A stretch of 63,757 bases of DNA, filler included, from Octopus bimaculoides (GCF_001194135.2; 4 parts of 3 records of this genome joined end to end with filler, not necessarily neighbours in it); one strand, 5' to 3'. Shown: positions 13,128 through 27,299, counted from the whole stretch's first letter. Notes: generated from the sequence alone by a model not told the origin. Numbers and translations are program-made.

Positions 13128-13510
13128 GGCGCAGGAGTGGCTGTGTGGTAAGTAGATTGCTTAGCAACCACATGGTTCCGGGTTCAGTCCCACTGCGTAG
13201 CATCTTGGGCAAGTGTCTTCTACTAGAGCCTCGGGCCGACCAAAGCCTTGTGAGTGGATTTGGTAGACGGAAACTGAAAGAAGCCCGTCGTATATATGTA
13301 TATATATATGTGTGTGTATGTGTTTGTCCCCCCTAGCATAGCTTGACAACCGATGCTGGTGTGTTGATGTTCCCCGTCACTTAGCGGTTCGGCAAAAGAG
13401 ACCGATAGAATAAGTACTAGGCTTACAGAGAATAAGTCCGGGGTCGATTTGCTCGACTAAAGGTGGTGCTCCAGCATGGCCGCAGTCAAATGACTGAAAC
13501 AAGTAAAAGA
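13128..13510 (+). mobile_element. Full-length SINE family A (GGCGCAGGAGTGGCTGTGTGG...GACTGAAACAAGTAAAAGA)
   Basis: tRNA-like head with B-box GGTTCAGTCCC, internal (TA)/(TG) microsatellite, conserved tail. Several other copies in the window. Confidence 0.9.
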
Positions 13511-13659
13511 GTAATTATCATCATTATTAGGTGTCCTCATCCGTCTATACGTTCGAAGTCCATGAAATATGTACCAGTTGAACACTGGGGTCCATGTGAT
13601 TGGCTTACCCGCTCCCGAGAAATTGCTGGTCTTATGCTAAACTTGAAATCATTTATAGT

Positions 13660-14055
13660 TGTCATCTATCCTCCGCATGTTGAATAACAAGGATCTCCGT
13701 TCGGGTCTATTCTCCGGCAATTTAATCCAGTCCTTAATGTTATGAATCCAATTTGTTCTAGGTCTTTCTCTCGAGTGTTTGCCATTTATCCTTTCTAGTA
13801 ATAGTTTTTTGTATAGTTCGTTCTGTTACTATTTGACTAAAGTACTTTAGCTTTCTTTCTTCCACAGTTGAGAATAATGATTATTTTTGACTTGCTAGTT
13901 GTAGCACGCCTTCATTAGTTTTATGATTTGTCTAAGATATTCTTAACATTCTTCTATATGTCCACATTTCAAAAGCTTCTAACTTGTCTGACAAAGTTTT
14001 CGCCAAATTCCATGTTTCTGTACCATACAACAGTGTAGATCATACGAAACATTTA
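13660..14055 (-). mobile_element. RTE-clade LINE 3' ORF remnant
   Basis: Minus strand encodes STLLYGTETWNL...KLEAFEMWTYRRMLRIS*...RKLKYFSQI and, after a frameshift, RERPRTNWIHNIKDW. These are typical RTE C-terminal motifs. Confidence 0.85.
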
Positions 14056-14876
14056 CACGGCCTTATTCTCATTCTATAGCCCCGGGGCCGACCAATGCCT
14101 TAATTTGGTAGACAGAAACTCTGTGATAGCCCGTCGGGTACACACACACACACACATACACGCACACACGTCTCCTTCAAATTTATAACCCTAGGAAGGA
14201 CACCTTGTAATAAAGTAATAATGTAGTAGTACAATCCCAGCAGCCCTGAACATTCGAGATTGTCATCATAATTAGAATGCTTTTTGATCATAGGTCTATT
14301 CAGTCAAAGTTTGACCTTGGGCTAAACAACAAGAAATATACCAGCAACAACGACGACGACGATGACGATGACGATGACGACGACGACGACAGTAACAATA
14401 ACAAAAGCATCTACAAATTCTGCATCGAATTTCTCTGCCAATGATTTTGTTTTAAATTGGTAATATAACTTCGAAGAGCAAGTTACAATAGGTCAGCCAT
14501 GGTAATATTAACATTAAAGCTAAATTCCCTGTGTAAAGCAACATAGAAATAGCATAATTTTCAATTATATAGATATATTATATTAGATACAATACAGGTC
14601 TATCTAATAAATAGTCAACCAGTATTGTGTAATCAAAATGTCGGCCGCTGCATTCATATATATTCTAAAGCATAACCTGAGAACTAAATTGATTCCGTCT
14701 GTCTCTCTTCTTTTCTCTCTTTTCCCCTCTTTCACTCTCTATTTTCCATCTGTAAAACTTCTGTCAATAAGGTATCAGTATTTTGAATTCTATTCTTCAA
14801 AAGTGTTTAATTTCATGCATGAGATTAGAAGAAAATCTATTAGATTGATTGTAATACATACACAGAGGAAGTGAGG

Positions 14877-14948
<72 letters not shown>

Positions 14949-16094
14949 AAGTGTGCACAACAGACGGCCAATCACTATAGACTCTCGGGAATAAATCTAC
15001 TTTGAGGTCATTTCAATGTCTGGCTAGGATAAATAGATAGGTCGCTCGTTAGATATCATTTGCTGTTTATTTAGCCCCAGGTCAGCTATGATCGTGGAGA
15101 CCTATGATCAAGGAGTATTTTAGTCGTGAACGTCCTGTTTTCTTTTTTTTCTTTTTTTTTTTGTCGTGTTTTAATTTTCTTTTTACAGATGCAGCGTATC
15201 AAAATATATCATCGTGTCTTTTTTTTTTTTTTTTTTTTGAGATGAAAGAGTTTGATTTTGAAGAAGGTTTGACTGTTATTTCTAGCAGATCGTCTCAAGA
15301 AATGCAGGATCCCTGCCAACTCGAGTTATCAGTTTTTGTTGTTTGCTGCTGCTGCTGTTGTTGTTATTGTTGTTGTTGCCTGCTGTTGATGTTCTTCACT
15401 TCACACAATCCCAATCACTTTATACAGTTGGTGATGTCCCCGAAGTGATTGACCCGCTATATAGATTCTGACCACTTCAAGATTCCACGGTCGAAGATTG
15501 AGTGATGAGGGAATGAGTGAATACATTAGAGACATTAACCATTTCCTTCATAAAACCCATTGAAAGCTTGAAAATCAGATCAGCGGTGCAATATAATAAA
15601 ACATTCATTAAATATACAGACGTCTCGCTAAATGCTGTGATGTTGCGTAAGCTACCCATATTACGCAACACCACGCACACTCAGATAACGACGCACGCGA
15701 ACGAGTGAGTCATGACCATTAACAGAACAAAGCATTGGAGACGAGATTAGGAGGGGGGGAAGGGCAGCACTTTGGAGACGAAATTGAGAGGGGGAAGGGC
15801 AACACGATTACTTTTCTCTTTTTTTTTTCTTTTTTTTTTGCCGCATGGGTCTCCGGTCTTGGTGGGTTAAATGATAGAAGACCATAACATCTTCGATCGG
15901 AAAACCACGGACACTTTTAACAGATTGCACGCAATTAAAAAGACCCATAGGCCAGGTGGTGCTGGTGGTGCTGGTGGTGCTGGTGGTGGTGGTGGCGGCG
16001 GTTTTTGGGGGGAAACTTGACAATAGATTAAGTCTATCGTCTAAGAACACGAATAATTCCTTCAGAAGGCCTTGCAATTTTTCTTTAGATAGAT

Positions 16095-16296
16095 GTTGTG
16101 TAGTGAGAAGCTTGCATCCCATCCAGATAGTTCCGAGTTCAGTCCCACTGCAAGGAACTTTGAGCAAATGTCTTCTACTATCGCCTCGGGCCGACCAAAG
16201 CCTTGTGAGTGGAATTGATTGACAAAAACTGAAAGAAGCCTGTCGTATGTATAAGTGTGTGTACGCGCATGTGTGTGTGTGTGTGTGTTTGTGTGC

Positions 16297-16331
<35 letters not shown>

Positions 16332-16603
16332 CGTGTTTGTGTGTATGTGTTTGTGTGTGTATTTATGCATCTATGTATGTTCGTCTTTGTGTCTGCGTTT
16401 CCCCTACATACACACACTCCGCTTGCCAACCGGTGCTGGCGTGTTTACGTCCCAGTAACTTAGCAGTTCGGCAATAGAGACAGACTGAATAAGTTCCAGG
16501 CTTCCAAAAAAAAAGTACTGGTGTCGATTCATTCATTCGCCTAAAATTCTTCAATGCGGTGCTTCAGCAGTGCCGCAGTCTAATGACTAAAACAAGTAAA
16601 AGA
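16095..16603 (+). mobile_element. SINE family A
   Basis: Colinear with 13128-13510, with an expanded (GT)n core. Confidence 0.85.
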
Positions 16604-16750
16604 TGAAAAATAGACCCGAAGACACAAGCACAAGGCTCAGCACGGTGAGGTCAAATCGACATCCATGAGGATACCTAGCATCCTTAAACACATGGCCTGA
16701 CTCGTAGAACTATTTTATGTTGCACTAACTGCTTTTATTATTGTTGTTGC

Positions 16751-16984
16751 TTATTTCTTTATTGCCCACAAGGGGCTAAACATAGAGGGTGAAAACAAGG
16801 ACAGACAAATGGATTAAGTCGACTACATCGACCCCATTGCGTAACTGGTACTTAATTTATCGACTCCGAAAGGATGAAAAGCAAAGTTTGACCTCGGCGG
16901 AATACGAACTCAGAACGTAACGGCAGACGAAATACCGCTAAGCATTTCGCCCGGCGTGCTAACGTTTCTGCCAGCTCGCTGCCT
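16751..16984 (-). mobile_element. SINE family B, near full length
   Basis: Reverse complement of the family B copies. CpGs are largely retained. Confidence 0.9.
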
Positions 16985-17441
16985 TTTTTTGCTGTTGTTG
17001 TTTCTACCAACGTTGTCTTTGTCTTTCCTCTTATCGGGTTCGATAAAATAAGCACGAGTCACGTACCGGAGTCGATGAATTCGATTCGCTCCCTCCCTGC
17101 AAATTTCAGGCCATGTGCTTATAGTAGAAATTATTATTGTTTTTACTGCTGTTATTGTGGTCAGTATTGTTGCTATTGTCGTTGTTGTTGTTGTTTTAAC
17201 CCGGTCTAACTCTGCTTCAGCAGCCGTAAAATCAAATGGAGTCCAGCCGTAACCGTTCTCTCCCTTTAGTGGGAACTTCCGCATAGTTTCTGTCCGCCTT
17301 GTTTAACTCACAAGTCTTGGATCGACGGGAGGCCAGGATAAAATATCGTTACCAAGGAAGCAACACACTGAACTGGGATCGAACCTAAAATTTTGTGAAT
17401 GCAATACGAAGTGTTTAACCACTGGGACACAGATTGTTGTT

Positions 17442-17820
17442 GGCACTTCGTCGCTTACGACGTCGAGGGTTCCAGTTGATCCGATCAACGGAACAGCCTG
17501 ATCGTGAAATTAACGTGCAAGTGGCTGAGCACTCCACAGACACGTGTACCCTTAACTTACTTCTCGGGGATATTCAGTGTGACACAGTGTGACAAGGCTG
17601 ACCCTTTGAATTACAGGCACAATTGAAACAGGAAGTAAGTGTGAGAGAAAGTTGTGGTGAAAGAGAACAGCAGGGTTCGCCACCATCCTCTGCCGGAGCC
17701 TCGTGGAGCTTTAGGTGCTTTCGCTCAATAAACACTCACAACGCCCGGTCTGGGAATCGAAACCGCGATCATATGACCGCGAGTCCGCTGCCCGCTGCCC
17801 TAACCACTGGCCATTTCGCC
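17442..17820 (-). mobile_element. SINE family C (tRNA head plus conserved body CCTGTAATTCAAAGGG...GTCGTAA.CGACG.AGTGCC)
   Basis: The body is shared with 33205-33480. The head has TGGCCAGTGGTTAGG and GGTTTCGATTCCC boxes. Confidence 0.8.
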
Positions 17821-19392
17821 TCCACTGGGACACGGATATACAAATACAATATACCTAGCAAAGAGGCTTATGTTAAATTTCATTACTTAATCAGTGGTCT
17901 CACCATTTTATTTTAGAACAGCCAAATTTAACATATAACTTAAAATATAAAGTGCATGGTCCTTCCTTTTGGAAAAAAATTGTCAAGGAAATGTGCTGAG
18001 GACCATTTAGATGTCATTTGAACAGTGATTAGTTTAGCGCTGTGTAGGAAACGTATAACAAGGCCGGCTGGCGGACACAGATTTAATAGACGCTGTGCTT
18101 ATAAGACGAAGGTGATGCTAAGCACGTTCAATTCCACTTCAATACGACTGAGATGGAACCTCGAACACCTGCAAGAAATAACACCGAAATTTTCTTTTAG
18201 ATCACGCTTAAAAATCTTTAAGATATCGAAGATAACATTGAATAACGTAGTATTAGATACACGATGCCAGGAATCGTATGAAGATGTTGATCATTGCCGG
18301 AAGTATTTTGACAATGGAACTACTCAATGGGGGCCGACCTATGACTAAACAATAAGCACAACACCTGTCGTTGTTGTTGTTGTTGTTGTTTTAGCCCCAG
18401 GTTGGTCCAGATTAAGCAATCTCATTGGCAAGATATTTCCAGCAATGCTCATGTTTTTGCAGGAAAATAGCTGTTTAAAACTGTAGGATTTCGGCTTCTC
18501 CAGATAAAAAAAAGCTATCAGCTTTTCTCCTAGAAAGACGGTTTGGGCGTTTGGCCAGCAATTATGACCATGAAATACATAAACCAGTGACACAGAAAAA
18601 TGTGTCTAGTCAGATTGTACCGCAAAGAGGTTGAAAGATGAAAAAGAATATCGATTAGAGTTAAGTGCTGTAGAATAGGTAAGCTGCAGTCGAATGATTC
18701 TGAAACTTGTTTGAAATGCGTTTGTAACCACCATTTTGTTTTTTATTTAATTGAAGTCACAAATATTATGACGGGAAATTTTTTGCCCATCAAATCTGCC
18801 GCTTCACACCTTTCTGAGGTATCAGTTAGCTAATCCAATTTTCTAAAGATATTTCTATTATTCCTCCGGTTTTTTATTACAGTTCAAAGCTATTTTCTTT
18901 ACGGTGTGGTATTTTTGGTATGCCATAAATGTTAATATTAAAACAATATCAATTTATCCTGATATAATGCTGTTTTTCGATTGCTAATTCAATCATCCGG
19001 TGCAAGGGAAAAAAAGTGTATACATTCGTCACTTATTTAGAACTCACAGCACCGATAATAAGGGCATGTTATTAGAATGTCACGGAAAGAGTCGCAAGAC
19101 GGATTCTTGAAACCCTGCCAACCGCCATGAAAACTAGGAGTAGACTGAGAGCGAAATAGGTGGATAATTTCCATAGTCTCTCTTGGTTACGTTTCGGAAT
19201 CCAGCAGGGAAGTGTAATGACGGTTGCTTCCAGTGCTGGATTAGCCATTAAGCAAAATAAGCACTACTTAAGAACCAACGGGAATGAAGGCACCACCGAA
19301 AATGATAAATAGTCTACGGCCCATATAGGAAATAGTGGCACAACAAGGCATCAATTTACAGACATACAAATCCATACCAATATATATATTTG

Positions 19393-19430
<38 letters not shown>

Positions 19431-19995
19431 AATATATATATATATTTTTATGTATATATGTATATATATATTCTTTATAGAATTGAGGATAAAATCACTT
19501 TAAAGATAGACGGCAAATGGCACTAAAAATGACCTTATTTCTCCTACAGCTCAAGTTGTAAACGGGCATATCAAAAATAATAAATGCAACTTTCGACTTT
19601 CTCTAGTATATGCGTGCAGATGCATGTATATGGTCGTGTGACTTTGCTGTTCGTATGGGTATGTACGAATATTTGTGCTTATATACTTCAGAATATAGTG
19701 CTGAAGATGGTAGTATGTATTTCATTGCACTTAGCTTGAACTAGGTCGAATACACAGTTAACTGGTAAGTTGTATTTATTAACTTTCATTTGCCCGTTTA
19801 CAACTTGTACTGTGGAAGAAATAAGGTGGTTCTTAGCGCCATTTGTCGTCCATCTCTAGCGTGTTGGAGAGGTTATTCCGATCCCTCTTTAATATAATTA
19901 TGTATATAATTATAAATTTAATAAATATATATATATGCATGTATATATATANNNNNNNNNNNNNNNNNNNNNNNNNNNNNNNNNNNNNNNNNNNN

Positions 19996-20007
19996 TTAAT
20001 TAATTAA
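19996..20007. other. Assembly spacer TTAATTAATTAA embedded in N run (also 35851-35862 and 55188-55199)
   Basis: The identical 12-mer with stops in all frames sits between N runs three times. Confidence 0.9.
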
Positions 20008-20051
20008 NNNNNNNNNNNNNNNNNNNNNNNNNNNNNNNNNNNNNNNNNNNN

Positions 20052-20082
<31 letters not shown>

Positions 20083-22849
20083 GACAGTTCCGTTACGTAC
20101 AAGACATTGCTTGGGTCGGGATTGTAGTAGAAGATACTTACCCAAGGTAGCATGCAGTGAGACTGAACCCGCAATCATATGACTAATTACACAGTCATGC
20201 CTGCTAATTTCAGTTCAAGAAATGTCCATTTATCTTCCATTTTCTCATTTTTTTTCTATCTTTTCTACTTTTTCTCCCTTGTTAATCCTGGTATTAGGAT
20301 CTGCTTGAGGCTGAGAGCAGATTAGTGATATCTCAGTTTGATCACATACATGTCAGAGAGCATTTGATCTCCATTGCAATTGAATCCCCACTAAATATTC
20401 TAGAGAAAGGTTGGGAGTTGCTTAGTCATATCCTCCCTATTTCTTAGGACTTCATGAAGAATTTCTTCAGGGCCCCGTTTTGTCAGAAGAAACAATTTTG
20501 AATCTTTGAGTGGTTTCTACTCTTCGTTGTCAGGATTGTAGCCTTCTTCTCGTCCTCGTCCTAGTAGTCGTCATCGTCATCCTACCACCACCTTGTTGTT
20601 GTTGTTGTTGTTGTTGTTGCNNNNNNNNNNTACCACAACAGAAGAGATCTGCCAGGACAGCACCGATTGGCCGGAACTATTATACGTCATGTATATAAAT
20701 ATATATCGTCATGACACCGTCAAAGCAGTTCATCTACAAAAGACACTCTAAGTACTAAACATACAGCGATCAAAATCCATACAGCAATCAACATACAGCG
20801 ATCAAAATCCAGCTTCCTGTAGAGCAAAACTAAATAGATAGGAATGCAGTAAAACCGATTCATACGGCTAGAGAATGGCTTCTGTTTTCATAGATGTTGG
20901 CCATCGTGAATTTATATGTTTTTAAACACATATTTAAAAAAAAGATTCTGAAGGGTTCCTAGACTAACGTAAATATTTGTCGTGTGGCTCTTTAGGGAGT
21001 CTCGTGACAACTATGGTAACGTTTACCACCGAGAAATGGTACTCTTTAAATATAGCACTTAATCACCTGACTAATAATGTAACAATGTAAACAACAAGAT
21101 TGAGCAAAATGAAAAAAAAAAAAGATGATAAGAGAGGTTAGGAGAGAAGGGGGGGGGGAGAAAAGAATTGATAAAAGAGGCTAGAAAAGAGATGGTTAAA
21201 AAGATGAGAAGTTTGATGAAGAGATGAAAGATCAAGAAACAGTAACAATGAAAAAAAAGTCAATGAAGAAGTGAAATTAAAAAGAGAAAGAATATGAGAA
21301 TATGTTATAATATTATTATTAATATTNNNNNNNNNNNNNNNNNNNNNNNNNNNNNNNNNNNNNNNNNNNNNNNNNNNNNNNNNNNNNNNNNNNNNNNNNN
21401 NNNNNNNNNNNNNNNNNNNNNNNNNNNNNNNNNNNNNNNNNNNNNNNNNNNNNNNNNNNNNNNNNNNNNNNNNNNNNNNNNNNNNNNNNNNNNNNNNNNN
21501 NNNNNNNNNNNNNNNNNNNNNNNNNNNNNNNNNNNNNNNNNNNNNNNNNNNNNNNNNNNNNNNNNNNNNNNNNNNNNNNNNNNNNNNNNNNNNNNNNNNN
21601 NNNNNNNNNNNNNNNNNNNNNNNNNNNNNNNNNNNNNNNNNNNNNNNNNNNNNNNNNNNNNNNNNNNNNNNNNNNNNNNNNNNNNNNNNNNNNNNNNNNN
21701 NNNNNNNNNNNNNNNNNNNNNNNNNNNNNNNNNNNNNNNNNNNNNNNNNNNNNNNNNNNNNNNNNNNNNNNNNNNNNNNNNNNNNNNNNNNNNNNNNNNN
21801 NNNNNNNNNNNNNNNNNNNNNNNNNNNNNNNNNNNNNNNNNNNNNNNNNNNNNNNNNNNNNNNNNNNNNNNNNNNNNNNNNNNNNNNNNNNNNNNNNNNN
21901 NNNNNNNNNNNNNNNNNNNNNNNNNNNNNNNNNNNNNNNNNNNNNNNNNNNNNNNNNNNNNNNNNNNNNNNNNNNNNNNNNNNNNNNNNNNNNNNNNNNN
22001 NNNNNNNNNNNNNNNNNNNNNNNNNNNNNNNNNNNNNNNNNNNNNNNNNNNNNNNNNNNNNNNNNNNNNNNNNNNNNNNNNNNNNNNNNNNNNNNNNNNN
22101 NNNNNNNNNNNNNNNNNNNNNNNNNNNNNNNNNNNNNNNNNNNNNNNNNNNNNNNNNNNNNNNNNNNNNNNNNNNNNNNNNNNNNNNNNNNNNNNNNNNN
22201 NNNNNNNNNNNNNNNNNNNNNNGCACACACAAGCACACGCACACACAAGCACACGCACACACAAGCACACGCACACACAAGCACACGCACATACAAGCAC
22301 ACGCACACGCACACACTAAGAAACAGACACGCATACTCATATATATAAATTTCAGAGAGAGAGAGATAAAGCGAGATCTTACACAGGAAATATCTCTCAC
22401 GGAAAATATAATAGAAGCGAAATAAACACAAAAAAAAACAAAAAACAAAAACAATAACAAAATAGATAAAACGAAAAAAAAAACAAAAAAAAAACAAACC
22501 GACAAAAACACTATACACCTCCACCACCACCACCACGACCAACCACAACAACAACACCACCGCCAACATTATTATTTCAACTCCATCTGATGTACTGAAT
22601 AACCTTTCTTTTGGAACATATCTAGAAAGATTCCTTGCTTTGGTCTTCTTCCATTCAGTTTTTGTTACTGCTGTTGTTAATACAACTTCTTTGTTGCTAT
22701 CGTTCATACCAATATTTATCTTGTTCTCTATTTTCAATATGTTTTTGGTGTTGCTTTTCTTAGACAATATTTTTTTATCCTCTCAGCTTCAACGTTTCAT
22801 GCGTTTTTCCTCTGTTTTTTATTTATTCAATAATATATATATATATATA

Positions 22850-22947
<98 letters not shown>

Positions 22948-22953
22948 TGTATG

Positions 22954-23024
<71 letters not shown>

Positions 23025-23858
23025 GTAGGTTGTTGATGTGTTTTGTTGTCTACTTTCTTATAATTCTTTTCCTTCCTTTTAGTTATCTATTTATTTATTT
23101 TAGTATAAGTTATTTAGTTATTTTATTTTATTTTATTCATTTAATTATTATTTTTTATATTATTTATATCACTATGCCCTCATTAACTCTGAAAAATTAT
23201 GCTCTTCTCTCAAATATGTATGTACGTATGCATGTATGTATGCATGTATGTATGTATGTCCGTACGTACGTTCGTATGTATGTATGTATGTATGTATGTA
23301 TGTTTGTATGCATGCATGTATATGTGGTTATGCATACATATGTATATAAACATTCAAATATGTATGAATATAAATGTTTATATATTTATATATGTATATG
23401 TAAATATTAGCGTACATGTGTTTGTGGGCAAGTATATATAAACATAGACATACATACACATGTATACATACATACATACATACATGATACATATATACAT
23501 AATACATATNNNNNNNNNNNNNNNNNNNNNNNNNNNNNNNNNNNNNNNNNNNNNNNNNNNNNNNNNNNNNNNNNNNNNNNNNNNNNNNNNNNNNNNNNNN
23601 NNNNNNNNNNNNNNNNNNNNNNNNNNNNNNNNNNNNNNNNNNNNNNNNNNNNNNNNNNNNNNNNNNNNNNNNNNNNNNNNNNNNNNNNNNNNNNNNNNNN
23701 NNNNNNNNNNNNNNNNNNNNNNNNNNNNNNNNNNNNNNNNNNNNNNNNNNNNNNNNNNNNNNNNNNNNNNNNNNNNNNNNNNNNNNNNNNNNNNNNNNNN
23801 NNNNNNNNNNNNNNNNNNNNNNNNNNNNNNNNNNNNNNNNNNNNNNNNNNNNNNNNNN

Positions 23859-23900
<42 letters not shown>

Positions 23901-24386
23901 GTACAAACGCACATGCATTTATGTAGATTTACGATAGTATACAAATATATATGCATGTTTGTTGCCATCGATTTGTCTCTGCTCTATCTCCTTTGTGTTT
24001 TTGTGTGTATTTGTCTAACAACTACTTATTCATCCAGCTATCTGTATGTATGTATGCATGTAATTATGTGTGTATACCAGACATATGCCCATGAACCTTT
24101 ATTCTTAGTGCACGACCGATATTTATACACCCAGAATGCATCTGACTCAACACGTAGACAGTGCTATGTCTATGCAAATGAAACAAACGAGAAAAATGAA
24201 CTTCACCTGTACTACACGTAAATATTAATAGCATTACGTAAAAAGATAAAATATTAATAACGACTTTCTCCGTCAAATATCGGCATGTCTGGTTTGCTAA
24301 TTACATAGTCAGCGGCGGTTGAACTGAAAACAGTTGTCTACTTAGTGATATAATAAAGTGGATTGTTGGTCTTTCCAGGGATGGGT

Positions 24387-24420
24387 TTACGAGGTCTGAT
24401 CAATAAGTATCCTGACTGTT
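24387..24420 (+). mobile_element. Isolated mariner-like terminal repeat remnant
   Basis: TACGAGGTCTGATCAATAAGTATCCTGACT resembles mariner TIRs. No partner is visible, and a gap follows. Confidence 0.4.
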
Positions 24421-25523
24421 GTTTTAGCTTCATTACTATGGCAACAGTCCGGATGCTTATTGATTAGACCACGTATAAGTCGACCAAGATTGGTTTATAA
24501 CAAAACTTTATAATTTATCACTGAAAAAATAATCCTAAAAGGTAGCCGATAATATATTCAGAATGCATATATGTTGTATAAATCTTTTCTCTTTTACTCA
24601 TTATACAGCAGCCATACTNNNNNNNNNNNNNNNNNNNNNNNNNNNNNNNNNNNNNNNNNNNNNNNNNNNNNNNNNNNNNNNNNNNNNNNNNNNNNNNNNN
24701 NNNNNNNNNNNNNNNNNNNNNNNNNNNNNNNNNNNNNNNNNNNNNNNNNNNNNNNNNNNNNNNNNNNNNNNNNNNNNNNNNNNNNNNNNNNNNNNNNNNN
24801 NNNNNNNNNNNNNNNNNNNNNNNNNNNNNNNNNNNNNNNNNNNNNNNNNNNNNNNNNNNNNNNNNNNNNNNNNNNNNNNNNNNNNNNNNNNNNNNNNNNN
24901 NNNNNNNNNNNNNNNNNNNNNNNNNNNNNNNNNNNNNNNNNNNNNNNNNNNNNNNNNNNNNNNNNNNNNNNNNNNNNNNNNNNNNNNNNNNNNNNNNNNN
25001 NNNNNNNNNNNNNNNNNNNNNNNNNNNNNNNNNNNNNNNNNNNNNNNNNNNNNNNNNNNNNNNNNNNNNNNNNNNNNNNNNNNNNNNNNNNNNNNNNNNN
25101 NNNNNNNNNNNNNNNNNNNNNNNNNNNNNNNNNNNNNNNNNNNNNNNNNNNNNNNNNNNNNNNNNNNNNNNNNNNNNNNNNNNNNNNNNNNNNNNNNNNN
25201 NNNNNNNNNNNNNNNNNNNNNNNNNNNNNNNNNNNNNNNNNNNNNNNNNNNNNNNNNNNNNNNNNNNNNNNNNNNNNNNNNNNNNNNNNNNNNNNNNNNN
25301 NNNNNNNNNNNNNNNNNNNNNNNNNNNNNNNNNNNNNNNNNNNNNNNNNNNNNNNNNNNNNNNNNNNNNNNNNNNNNNNNNNNNNNNNNNNNNNNNNNNN
25401 NNNNNNNNNNNNNNNNNNNNNNNNNNNNNNNNNNNNNNNNNNNNNNNNNNNNNNNNNNNNNNNNNNNNNNNNNNNNNNNNNNNNNNNNNNNNNNNNNNNN
25501 NNNNNNNNNNNNNNNNNNNNNNN

Positions 25524-25855
25524 AAGAAATAGGTATTTTGCCTGTCTTTACGTTCTCAGTTCAAATTCCGCTGAGGTCGACTTTGCCTTTCATCTTTTCG
25601 GGGTCGATTAAATAAGTACCAGTTACGCACTGGGGTCGATCTAATCGACTTAATCTGTTTGTCTGTCTTTGTTTGTCCCCTCTGTGTATAGCCTCTTGTG
25701 GGTAGTAAAGAAATAGGTATTTTGCCTGTCTTTACGTTCTCAGTTCAAATTCCGCTGAGGTCGACTTTGCCTTTCATCCTTTCGGGGTCGATAAATTAAG
25801 TACCAGTTGCGTACTGGGGTCGATCTAATCGACTGGTTCCTCCCTCAAAAGTTTG
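25524..25855 (+). mobile_element. Two head-truncated family B SINE copies in tandem
   Basis: AAGAAATAGGTATTTTGCCTGTCTTTACGTTCTCAGTTCAAATTCCGCTGAGG occurs twice about 170 bp apart, with different tails. Confidence 0.85.
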
Positions 25856-26101
25856 GGCTTTGTGCCTAAAGTAGAAAAGAATGTTAATATATCTACTATA
25901 CAACCTACTGTGTGAGTGTATATATAGATATAGATAGATGGATATGTACACTCACACACCCACGCCAAATATATATACACACAGACATACATGCATATAC
26001 ATATATACATACACACGTGCACACATATATATAAGTGCATATATGCATAAATAAATAGATACAAATATGTGTATATATGTGTGTATGTATAATATATATA
26101 T

Positions 26102-27228
26102 CAGGTCATCCGATAAGTTCTGTCCGAATTTTGAATTAAAAAAACAAGTGATCAAATTTTATATTTAATTGAAATTTAATCATCAATGTACTTTCCCTGA
26201 TTATCTATGACTTCCATCTAGTTACAAGCTTTTTAATCTATCAATGTAAACCTCTTTTGGTTTCAAAGCGAAGAACTCTGAAATGTCAGTTTCGACCTCC
26301 TCCTGGCTTGCGAAAGTTATGTCCCTCAAATGATTCTGTAAACTACGAAACAAATGGTAGTCTGAAGGAACAAGGTCGGGAGAATAAGGTGGATGAGGAA
26401 TTTTTTCCCAACCAAGTTCTTCGATCTTCAGTGATGTGATCTTTGCAGTGTGGGATCGCGCACTGTCCTGATGAAACATCACTCCTTTTCGATTCACTAT
26501 AGCGGGTCTTTTTTTCATCAAAGCTTGGTTCAGACGCTCTAATTGCTGACAGTAGACTTGAGCATTGATTGTTGCATTAGGTGGTAACAATTCTATCCCA
26601 CCAGATAAAGAGAAGAAACTTTTTCCCATGAAGTTCCCTTCACGGTTGTGGTTGAGCTTTTTCCCTTTTACCATGCTACTGTTTACGGCATTTAACCAAG
26701 CCACAGTTTACCAAACCACTGTTTACGACGTTTAAGTTGTTGAAGATGACAATGAACAATTGTATGGTTTGAACTAAGCTTTATTGCCAATTCTTCAACT
26801 GATAATGCAGGATTCTCTTCACGTAATGCCTCAAGGTATCAAACTCAACTGGACGTCCTGTTCGATCATCATCTTGAAGGCTGAAATCTCCACTTCTAAA
26901 TTTTGTAAACCATCTTCTGCAAGTTCTTTCATTCAAGCATTCTTTCCCATAAACTGAGTGTATGTTTTGAGTCGCTTCGGCTGCAGAGTTTCCTTTTTTG
27001 TATTCATAAAGCACCATGTGCCTCAAATGGTCTTTGAATACTTCCATGCTAGAAAGGTTTCTAATCAAAAAAATTCTAACTCTATTATTCTGTAAAATAA
27101 TATTTAATTAGTTTAAATGTACACAAATGCATAAAAAAATTTTTAAAATTCCATTAGACATTCTAAAATACTATAAAATTTCATTCAATTTTAAAAAAGG
27201 TAAAGTCAGACAGAACTTATGGGACAAC

Positions 27229-27231
<3 letters not shown>
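26102..27231 (-). mobile_element. Mariner DNA transposon, both TIRs present, internally deleted, defective
   Basis: TIRs CAGGTCATCCGATAAGTTCTGTCCGA and (reverse complement) CAGGTTGTCCCATAAGTTCTGTCTGA, in TA context, enclose transposase fragments. Confidence 0.95.
26180..27047 (-). pseudogene. Mariner D,D34D transposase pseudogene
   Basis: N-terminal HTH (MEVFKDHLRH..LYEYKKG...CRRWFTKFRSGDFSL.D..RTGRP), HQDSARSH and HPPYSPDLVPSDYHLFRSLQ motifs. Frameshifts are present and the first catalytic Asp region is missing. Confidence 0.9.
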
Positions 27232-27268
<37 letters not shown>

Positions 27269-27299
27269 CACAGTTTGATGTGCATCATATATGTGCATA

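Noticed and set aside
18025-18348. 107-aa ORF in unique sequence
   Set aside because: Non-ATG start, no recognisable motif, and a length compatible with chance.
19996-20007. Recurrent TTAATTAATTAA palindrome
   Set aside because: Always embedded in N runs, so it is a scaffolding spacer and not biological.
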